Positions 15,780 to 21,703 of a stretch of DNA of 21,703 nucleotides are shown in pieces. Both the position numbers and the translations under genes were made by a program. The DNA is from Bdellovibrionota bacterium (GTDB lineage Bacteria; Bdellovibrionota; UBA1018; UBA923). Position 1 is the stretch's first letter. Every line of letters starts with the position of its first letter. Under the pieces are notes generated by a model that saw only the letters and a program-made list of their open reading frames with translations, had not been told where the DNA came from and made no database searches. The stretch spans positions 1-21,703 of the forward strand of contig JBFMCE010000065.1 of assembly GCA_040754655.1 (NCBI GenBank), given 5' to 3'.

Positions 15780-15871
15780 ATCAGTTGCCTAACTGATTGA
15801 TACTATGAAATTCCGTTTTCATGTCAGGTGGTCGGTGTGTTGGATCGTAACGCCCTCCTCCTGAGCCAATT
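15780..15871 (-). repeat. Right copy of the 92-bp imperfect inverted repeat flanking the sulfur cassette
   Basis: Reverse complement AATTGGCTCAGGAGGAGGGCGTTACGATCCAACAC...AACTGAT aligns ungapped with 11291-11382 (64/92). Confidence 0.85.
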
Positions 15872-15876
15872 AAAAT

Positions 15877-15915
15877 AAAAACCCTCAGATTCAGTAATGA
15901 TTCTGGGGGTTTTTT
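15877..15915. terminator. Bidirectional Rho-independent terminator between the convergent MFS and USP genes
   Basis: AAAAACCCTCAGA-T-TCA/GTAA/TGA-T-TCTGGGGGTTTTTT, with an A-tract before and a T-tract after the stem. Confidence 0.8.
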
Positions 15916-16011
15916 GTTTTCAGAGTTTTATCAGATCAGTTTGTCCCAGCCTCTCCCAGCCGGTCAGAATTTTGCGCTTCGATTCGAGAAGATAAAGATC
16001 AAATCAAAACT

Positions 16012-16956
16012 TCACGACCGTAAAAACCAAACCGGACATGGAGCATCGCGCGCAACTCCACGCCCGATGCTGCCAAGCAAGGCCGCAGACGCCGCGCTCG
16101 ATTCAGATGCCATCGCAATCAATCCCGGTTTTTTCCTCCGAGCGTATTGCAGTATCGACCGAACCGCGCTGACGCTATCCGCGTCGAAAGCGGTATCAGC
16201 CGCTAGTCCTTTCTTTCTCGCCTCAGCAGCCCATCTCTCCGCCAACAGCTTCTGTCGCTCATAAGATTGTTTGATGTACCCCCGTGTCCAGACAACTCCA
16301 CCTGCAAGAAGGGCGGATCCCGATTGAACAAAGGGTTCAATGGGATTCAAAACGGCATGAAAGATCGTGATTTTCGCACCCAGTTTTTCCGCCAACTCTT
16401 GCACTTTTTCAAAAGTCTTCCTCGATTCTCTGGAAAAATCCGTTGGAAAGAGGATCTGATCCAGCTTTGAGACGCGTGTGGTCTTTGGCCCCGAAATCAA
16501 AACAGGGGTTTTGGAGTGAAGAGTCAAGGTTTCGGCGAAGCTTCCCAGCAGGGCTCGCTTCAACCCATGACGCCCATGAGAGTTCACGAGAATCAGATCG
16601 GCGTCTTTGCTCTTCGCATACCGATCAAGAGTTTCGGCAGCCGTCCCCATAGATGAAGGAGCCGAGACGAGAACCGTTGGCTTCGCCAGTCTAGAGAGAT
16701 TGCCTCTTTTTGCCAGTTGGTTCAATGCCTTCTCTGACGCTGGTTTGAACTGCCTCACGAGTTCCGACTTCGACACCGATAGGCTCAACAACCCATCGCT
16801 CAATACGTAAACGGGCTCAATGACCGCCTTCGTTCTCTTTGAAAGATCACGTAGCACATGAATACCTTGACTTTGGATCTGACTGTCTTCCAACGGATCA
16901 GCCGCCCAAATGATTCTTTGAAATGCTTTGCGCTTCACGCCAATATTGTGGTTCAT
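16012..16956 (-). CDS. Universal stress protein with tandem USP domains
   Basis: 'DADLILVNSHGRHGLKRALLGSFAETL...TPVL', 'ILFPTDFSRES', 'LLGSIGRGVARDAPCPVWFLR'. GAGGT RBS; starts 10 bp after the cytochrome gene. Confidence 0.93.
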   Translation of the reverse strand: MNHNIGVKRKAFQRIIWAADPLEDSQIQSQGIHVLRDLSKRTKAVIEPVYVLSDGLLSLSVSKSELVRQFKPASEKALNQLAKRGNLSRLAKPTVLVSAPSSMGTAAETLDRYAKSKDADLILVNSHGRHGLKRALLGSFAETLTLHSKTPVLISGPKTTRVSKLDQILFPTDFSRESRKTFEKVQELAEKLGAKITIFHAVLNPIEPFVQSGSALLAGGVVWTRGYIKQSYERQKLLAERWAAEARKKGLAADTAFDADSVSAVRSILQYARRKKPGLIAMASESSAASAALLGSIGRGVARDAPCPVWFLRS

Positions 16957-16966
16957 TGGTCACCTC

Positions 16967-18124
16967 TTACTGTGAGAGCTTTCTCAGCTCAGATAATTTT
17001 TTAATTTCATCCTCGGGGATGAAAGTTCCGCCGCTACCACTGTAACCAAAATACAACTTCGACGCGTACCGGTGATAACACCTCTTTGCGACGTCAGTGC
17101 GCGGGAACTCGCGGATGCAAGATTCAAAATAAAGGCTGTCGAGCGCCCATAAAAGAGGGTCTTGCAGGGAATCGTAACAAACTCCCAAGAGATAAAGTGC
17201 TTCTCCGCGAAACTTGCCTTTCGGATCTTTTTGAAGGGCCTCATGAATATAGTTGGTCGCGCGTAGGTAGCTTACGTCTCCAGCTGGATCGACGGGAAAC
17301 AACTGACGCTCTCCGGCTTGCGCGATCAAAGACCTCGCCTTCAACATCAGTTCAGCGGTCGTCATATTCTTTGGGCGCTTCTTTTCTTGCATCCATCTCT
17401 TCACATCTTTTTTCCATTCGGCGACATAGCGCTGGAAAAATTCCGGCAGATCTTTGCGGCTGGAAAGTTTTTCAAGCATATAGAAGGTGGTCTTCGCGTC
17501 TTGCTTTACTCGAATCGTGACGCTGAGGACCTCACGCACTGCGCGGCCTAATTCGATGTAGCCAACCTCTCCTGAGGGCGTGCGAGAGATGAATTTGTCG
17601 AATGCCCGGATTGCTTTGTCGAACTGCCGAGTCGCCGCATAGAATTCGGCTTTTTGAAACTCGGTAAGCGGCGACGAATCAACTTTGTTTTGAAGATCCA
17701 TGAAGCTCTGACCGGTGCTCACGCGTGTATGACAGCTCAGACAGAATCCCGTCATCGTTCGCACCTGATTCCTGACAAAAGAGCCATTGGCACCAGCCCT
17801 AAAGGATTTTTGGACGTCTTGAAGGTAGTCTGAAAAGAGGCCCGAAATAGCAGCCAACCCTGGTTCTTGATCCGCCATTTTCGTTGGGAAAACATGCTGG
17901 AGGCCCGACATCGAATCCAAGTTCTTCTGAATTTCCTCTCTATTCTTAGGATCAGAGAATGCCTTGGGATCTGCAACGTAAGGCTGCAGATTGATCAAAG
18001 CATCAAAGTTTTTCTTCATCGTGGCCTTGAGGTCTGCGGGCTCTTCAGCTCGAACACCACCCAAGGGTGTTACTAAACTCAAAAGGGCCAGACCCATAAA
18101 AATTGAAAGCGAGTAACGGCTCAT
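16967..18124 (-). CDS. Exported mono-heme c-type cytochrome with TPR-like helical C-terminal region
   Basis: Signal peptide ending 'GVRA', a single CxxCH (CLSCH), TPR-like 'KAEFYAATRQFDKAIRAFDKF' and 'GEALYLLGVCYDSL'. GAGGG RBS. Confidence 0.8.
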   Translation of the reverse strand: MSRYSLSIFMGLALLSLVTPLGGVRAEEPADLKATMKKNFDALINLQPYVADPKAFSDPKNREEIQKNLDSMSGLQHVFPTKMADQEPGLAAISGLFSDYLQDVQKSFRAGANGSFVRNQVRTMTGFCLSCHTRVSTGQSFMDLQNKVDSSPLTEFQKAEFYAATRQFDKAIRAFDKFISRTPSGEVGYIELGRAVREVLSVTIRVKQDAKTTFYMLEKLSSRKDLPEFFQRYVAEWKKDVKRWMQEKKRPKNMTTAELMLKARSLIAQAGERQLFPVDPAGDVSYLRATNYIHEALQKDPKGKFRGEALYLLGVCYDSLQDPLLWALDSLYFESCIREFPRTDVAKRCYHRYASKLYFGYSGSGGTFIPEDEIKKLSELRKLSQ

Positions 18125-18164
18125 AGCTTATTCCCTCTTTTCTGGTATGCTCGAAAAATACGTA

Positions 18165-18182
18165 TTGCAGCGGCCATGCCAA
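18165..18182 (-). promoter_or_regulatory. Sigma54 (-24/-12) promoter for the cytochrome c-usp unit
   Basis: Minus strand TTGGCATGGCCGCTGCAA has GG-N10-GC spacing and matches TGGCAC-N5-TTGC closely. Confidence 0.7.
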
Positions 18183-18211
18183 ACTTTCGCAGCACATTCA
18201 GATGCTTACAA

Positions 18212-18237
18212 GCCTCATTTTGGGACGGAATGTCCCA
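18212..18237. promoter_or_regulatory. Candidate upstream activator site shared by the divergent sigma54 promoters
   Basis: GCCTCA-TTT-TGGGAC-GGAAT-GTCCCA, containing a perfect 6-5-6 palindrome at 18221-18237. The 11-mer CGGAATGTCCC recurs at 21666-21676. Confidence 0.55.
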
Positions 18238-18308
18238 GTGCATCCTAAGCAAGGGTTTTTTTTGCTCACTCCAGCCCCCAACGAGCCTCAGCTGCACAGA
18301 AATTTCAC

Positions 18309-18326
18309 TTGGCCCGGTGGTTGCAA
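18309..18326 (+). promoter_or_regulatory. Sigma54 (-24/-12) promoter for the GPHGG protein-DUF1275 unit
   Basis: TTGGCCCGGTGGTTGCAA with GG at 18311-12, N10, and GC at 18323-24. Confidence 0.65.
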
Positions 18327-18337
18327 CCTTGTTCTTC

Positions 18338-18736
18338 ATGAAAAAAATAACGCTATTTCTTTTGATATGCGCAACTCAGGCAATTCATGCTGAGGAAACT
18401 CCTGGCCCGCATGGCGGCCATATCGTTCGAAGCGAGGCGCATCAGTTTGAAGTAAAGATCGATCCAGACGCAAAGAACATCGAGGTTTACACTCTCAACA
18501 AGCAAAGACCGGCGCCAAAGACCATGACCATCACTTTGTTTCGCGAATCTGGCACTGGCCAAACCATCGTTCTAGAAGCCGTGAACCTCAAAGATCCCCT
18601 TCCAAGATACCAAGGTGAGCTTTCCTTAGCTTCTGGCCCATACGTGGGAGCCGAACTTCGCTTTGAAATCAGCGTAAAGTCATTTAAAATTCTGAAGTTC
18701 ATGCCATATATTCCGAATCGTGGAGGCCGATTTTAA
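18338..18736 (+). CDS. Secreted hypothetical protein with a GPHGGH motif (possible metal-binding)
   Basis: Start reassigned from 18176 to ATG 18338, giving signal peptide MKKITLFLLICATQAIHA followed by 'EETPGPHGGHIVRSEAHQFEV' and a beta-rich body. Confidence 0.8.
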   Translation: MKKITLFLLICATQAIHAEETPGPHGGHIVRSEAHQFEVKIDPDAKNIEVYTLNKQRPAPKTMTITLFRESGTGQTIVLEAVNLKDPLPRYQGELSLASGPYVGAELRFEISVKSFKILKFMPYIPNRGGRF

Positions 18737-18741
18737 CGCTG

Positions 18742-19479
18742 ATGTTTCACCATAGTTTGGATGACGAAGTTGAGAAGCGAATTTTCGTAAAGTGGTATCT
18801 GCTGGCGTTCTTAGCAGGAAACGTGAACGCTGGTGGATTTTTGGCCGCAGGAAAATTCGTTTCGCACATTACAGGCTTTGCGACGCTTTTCGGCGTTGGT
18901 GTGGCGGATGGGCACTATGATCAAGCCGCCGGTATCCTCGCCGTTCCCGCTTTCTTTCTCGCCGGTGTGATGATTTCAGCGTTTCTCATCGATCATCGTT
19001 TTCATAAGGGGCTTCGCCCTCACTACGATTGGGTAATGCTCCTTCAATCTATTTCGCTCATTCTTGCTGCAGTACTCGGGCACTATCATTTCTTCGGAAT
19101 TTTCGGAGATGCACAGCACTTAAAAGAAAACTTCGTTCTCTTATCGCTGTTATGCCTCGCATGCGGATTACAGAATGGAGCCATTACCACTGCAACTGGT
19201 GCATCCGTGCGCACGACACATCTTACGGGGCTCACAACTGACCTGGGTATTGGGCTAATTCGAGTCTGGGGAATGCCACACTCTGGAAAAGATTTTCGTC
19301 AGGAAGTTCGGTCAAACTGGCTTCGAATAGGCACAATTATGTCATTCGCGATGGGATCAGTGGCCGGCGCTGCCTTATTCGTTCGCTTTCACTACCTAGG
19401 CTTTCTACTGCCAGCGGCCATCGCCCTGTACGCGATGACTCAAGGACGGAAACATTTGGTCCATCCCCACACAGGATGA
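18742..19479 (+). CDS. YoaK/DUF1275 family membrane protein
   Basis: 'LAFLAGNVNAGGFL...FVSHITG' and 'CGLQNGAIT...VRTTHLTGLTTDLGI', with multiple TM segments. Confidence 0.92.
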   Translation: MFHHSLDDEVEKRIFVKWYLLAFLAGNVNAGGFLAAGKFVSHITGFATLFGVGVADGHYDQAAGILAVPAFFLAGVMISAFLIDHRFHKGLRPHYDWVMLLQSISLILAAVLGHYHFFGIFGDAQHLKENFVLLSLLCLACGLQNGAITTATGASVRTTHLTGLTTDLGIGLIRVWGMPHSGKDFRQEVRSNWLRIGTIMSFAMGSVAGAALFVRFHYLGFLLPAAIALYAMTQGRKHLVHPHTG

Positions 19480-19484
19480 AAAAT

Positions 19485-19536
19485 GAACCGCGAGGCAATG
19501 CTCAACTCGATTTCGAGGAACACCGCCTTGCGGTTC
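19485..19536. terminator. Long stem-loop between the convergent DUF1275 and CBS genes
   Basis: GAACCGCGAGGC pairs with GCCTTGCGGTTC (12 bp, one G-T), with an inner CTCGA/TCGAG. The T-tract is weak (TCTTT). Confidence 0.55.
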
Positions 19537-19556
19537 TCTTTGCGTCCATCAGGCCG

Positions 19557-19985
19557 TCAACAGTGCTGTTGCACTGTTGAATTGCTCTTGTAGTGGCTGC
19601 GGAGCGTCTCACCTAAAATCCTGAGGGCGTCGTTGTCGGTAAGAATACCAACGACTTTTCCATTAGGTTGCGCGACGATGGCGCAGCCATATTTGTGTTC
19701 GGCCATATTGAGCACCACTTCATCGAGCTCGGATTCGGGGCGAACAACGTAGGGGTCGGGGGTCATCACGTCGTCCACCGTTAATTCGCCTGGCCCCTGG
19801 AAAGAACGGGCAAGCTTTATGTCACGATCAGAAATCACTCCGACAAGTTCTCCGCCTCTTTGTACGGGAAGATGACGAATGCGAAACTCTCGCATCAATT
19901 CCATCGCCTTCTTAATCGAAATATCAGCACCAATCGTGTGCGGCATCATAGTCATTACTTTTTGAATCTTTGGCATTGCTTTCAT
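19557..19985 (-). CDS. CBS-pair domain protein
   Basis: Start reassigned to ATG 19985 (GGAGG RBS at 19990-19994). 'IRHLPVQRGGELVGVISDRD', 'VDDVMTPDP', 'KVVGILTDND'. Confidence 0.92.
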   Translation of the reverse strand: MKAMPKIQKVMTMMPHTIGADISIKKAMELMREFRIRHLPVQRGGELVGVISDRDIKLARSFQGPGELTVDDVMTPDPYVVRPESELDEVVLNMAEHKYGCAIVAQPNGKVVGILTDNDALRILGETLRSHYKSNSTVQQHC

Positions 19986-20069
19986 AGAACCTCCATTGTG
20001 AGGGGCGACGCCCGCCCATGCAGATAATTTTTCCCCTGTTTCCGCGTCAATAACCGCTGGAAGATAATA

Positions 20070-20087
20070 TTGCAGCGTGCGTGCCAA
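20070..20087 (-). promoter_or_regulatory. Sigma54 (-24/-12) promoter for the CBS gene
   Basis: Minus strand TTGGCACGCACGCTGCAA, near-consensus GG-N10-GC. Lies inside the 3' intergenic region of the RNase gene. Confidence 0.78.
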
Positions 20088-20163
20088 CACGCTTCTAGCT
20101 TGGAAGACCGCACGAATCCTAAATTCTTGAGACAAATTTGCTCTAAATAGCGGCATTTCTGTC

Positions 20164-21558
20164 TCAGTCCTCAAAATGACCCTTCGCTCTGCTGCGAACC
20201 AATTCTTTTGCCTCAAACTGCGCAGGGATCTCTGCGATCCAGCCCAACGAATCACGAATTCTCACGCGAAGCGCATCTGCGCCTTGAGGCTCGCCATGCA
20301 CGATGAATGTTTTTTGTGGAACTCGTCGAAATCCCTTCAGCCAAGAGATGATTTCGGATTGATCAGCATGCGCCGAAAGCGACGAAATTTCTTCAATCCG
20401 AGCCTTCACGGGCACATATTGACCGAACATCTTGAGCTCAGAAATCCCGTCCCGAAGCAGGCGCCCACGCGTACTTGCCGCTTGGTATCCAACAAGCACG
20501 ACGGTGTTTCTTGCGTCCGGAAGACGTTTCTCTAAATGAAGAAGAACGCGCCCGCCAGTGAGCATTCCGCTTCCCGCAATAATGATAGTGCTGTTCTTGG
20601 CACGTGACAGTTCTTCAGACTGCTGGTGGTTCCGGACCATCGTCACATTTTGGCAAAGTTCTTCGACCTCCTTGGAACTCAATGTGTGCCATTGTGAATG
20701 ACCTAAGAAAACTTCGGTTGCATTGATTCCCATCGGACTGTCTAAAAAAACAGGAATGTCCGGAATGCGTTTGCTACGCTTGAGCTTGCTAATGAGGAAG
20801 AGTACATCTTGCGCTCTGCCGACCGCGAAACTGGGAATAATGACATGCCCTTTGCGCGCAATGGTTTCGTTGATGATTCGTTCAAGTTGATGCAGAGGCG
20901 TTTCTGAGGAATGGACACGGTCTCCATAAGTTGATTCAATGACGAGATAGTCGGCTGAGGTAATTCTCGTCGGTGGCGGCAACATTAACGGCGAGCGTCG
21001 TCCAAGATCGCCGCTAAAAACGATCTTCTTCTCGTTGTATTTCAGCTCAATGAATGCTGACCCGAGAATATGACCGCTCGGGGAAAAACGAACTTTTAGG
21101 CCTTTTGAAAGGCGAATCCATTTATTGATCTCTATTGGAGCGAAAAGCTTAAGTGACGCTTTCACTTCTTCTTTGGTATAAAGAGGTTCCGCCGGATGGT
21201 GTTTTGAATAACCCATCTTGTTTGCACGGTCGGCGTCTTCCTCCTGAATGTTCGCGCTATCTACTAAGATGATTTTAGCGAGTTCTTTCGTTGGCCCTGT
21301 GCAATAGATTTTTCCTTTAAACCCATTCCGAACGAGCAGGGGCAAATAGCCCGAGTGATCCAAGTGAGCGTGCGTAAGAAGAACGGCATCGATCGTTGCT
21401 GAATCAACTGGCAATTTTTCGCGATTCTGAAGACGCAACTCTTTAAGCCCTTGAAATAGGCCACAGTCTATAAGTAGTTTTTCATTTTCCGTTTCAAATA
21501 AAAACTTTGAACCCGTCACAGTACCGACTCCGCCTAAGAATTGAAGTGTTGGGGCCAT
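20164..21558 (-). CDS. MBL-fold beta-CASP ribonuclease (YSH1/CPSF3-like bacterial RNase)
   Basis: Start at ATG 21558 (GGAGAGGAG RBS). 'FLGGVGTVTGS', 'DCGLFQG', THAHLDH, GHILGS, SGDLG, IESTYG, 'PSFAVGRAQ', 'GSGMLTGGR', SAHAD, VHGEP. Confidence 0.94.
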   Translation of the reverse strand: MAPTLQFLGGVGTVTGSKFLFETENEKLLIDCGLFQGLKELRLQNREKLPVDSATIDAVLLTHAHLDHSGYLPLLVRNGFKGKIYCTGPTKELAKIILVDSANIQEEDADRANKMGYSKHHPAEPLYTKEEVKASLKLFAPIEINKWIRLSKGLKVRFSPSGHILGSAFIELKYNEKKIVFSGDLGRRSPLMLPPPTRITSADYLVIESTYGDRVHSSETPLHQLERIINETIARKGHVIIPSFAVGRAQDVLFLISKLKRSKRIPDIPVFLDSPMGINATEVFLGHSQWHTLSSKEVEELCQNVTMVRNHQQSEELSRAKNSTIIIAGSGMLTGGRVLLHLEKRLPDARNTVVLVGYQAASTRGRLLRDGISELKMFGQYVPVKARIEEISSLSAHADQSEIISWLKGFRRVPQKTFIVHGEPQGADALRVRIRDSLGWIAEIPAQFEAKELVRSRAKGHFED

Positions 21559-21592
21559 AGTTCTCCTCTCCCTGTATGCATGACTATATTGC

Positions 21593-21609
21593 TGCAACCA
21601 GCAGGCCAG
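21593..21609 (-). promoter_or_regulatory. Sigma54 (-24/-12) promoter for the beta-CASP RNase
   Basis: Minus strand CTGGCCTGCTGGTTGCA with GG at 21607-06, N10, and GC at 21595-94. Confidence 0.65.
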
Positions 21610-21639
21610 CCATTTGCGAGCTCAGCGCAAAGGCTGCAA

Positions 21640-21677
21640 TGAGGCATAATGACTCGGAGACGAGCCGGAATGTCCCT
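21640..21677. promoter_or_regulatory. Candidate tandem upstream activator sites
   Basis: TGAGGC-ATAAT-GACTCG and CGAGCC-GGAAT-GTCCCT, both 6-5-6 variants of the 18221-18237 palindrome. Confidence 0.5.
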
Positions 21678-21703
21678 TTTTCCATATTGTAACTATTTGA
21701 ATT

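Larger units (their letters stand above)
11291..15871. mobile_element. Putative non-autonomous IR-bounded cassette carrying the persulfide-detox operon
   Basis: Long inverted repeats bracket a self-contained regulated operon. AATT lies outside both GGCTCAGG...CCTGAGCC ends. No transposase or integrase is in the window, so mobility is inferred only. Confidence 0.45.

Noticed and set aside
15790..15802. IHF consensus match TAACTGATTGATA inside the right repeat
   Set aside because: Not conserved at the equivalent position in the left repeat, and a single degenerate match is weak evidence.
15800..15868. Possible intact tRNA gene ending in CCA
   Set aside because: No cloverleaf, anticodon arm or GTTCGA T-loop. 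Kept only as a minihelix-like hairpin.
18121..18339. 72-aa minus-strand ORF with ATGA coupling to the cytochrome gene, and the 18176 upstream extension of the plus-strand ORF
   Set aside because: Both run through the divergent promoter region holding two sigma54 sites and the palindrome. No RBS or recognisable domain.
19986..20255. 90-aa N-terminal extension of the CBS ORF
   Set aside because: Overlaps the RNase 3' end and a sigma54 promoter. A strong GGAGG supports ATG 19985.
1..21703. CRISPR array, integron attC array, rRNA, transposase/integrase or known defence genes
   Set aside because: No regularly spaced direct repeats, attC core pairs or corresponding protein motifs were seen. The beta-CASP and PDO MBL proteins fit housekeeping and sulfur families.

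Overview
Bacterial chromosomal window of moderate GC (a Bdellovibrionota/Oligoflexia-like origin is my guess from gene content, not established). Left to right: a 5'-truncated alkA plus ogt (alkylation repair); dbpA helicase and a divergent small S4-like protein; a 2261-aa signal-peptide-bearing SpvB/FG-GAP/YD-RHS toxin with no visible immunity or TcA partner; a thiopurine S-methyltransferase; a 4.6-kb persulfide-detoxification cassette (small secreted protein, BigR/SqrR-type ArsR, rhodanese-DUF2892, persulfide dioxygenase, rhodanese, TauE/SafE, MFS); and a block of USP, cytochrome c/TPR, GPHGG protein, DUF1275, CBS and beta-CASP RNase genes. Two non-coding signals stand out. (1) The sulfur cassette is bracketed by 92-bp ungapped imperfect inverted repeats (11291-11382 and 15780-15871, 64/92 identical by hand). 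Each folds into a hairpin ending in GCCA next to a terminator, and no recombinase is present in the window. (2) All four transcription units of the right-hand block carry a sigma54 -24/-12 promoter and share a candidate upstream activator motif.
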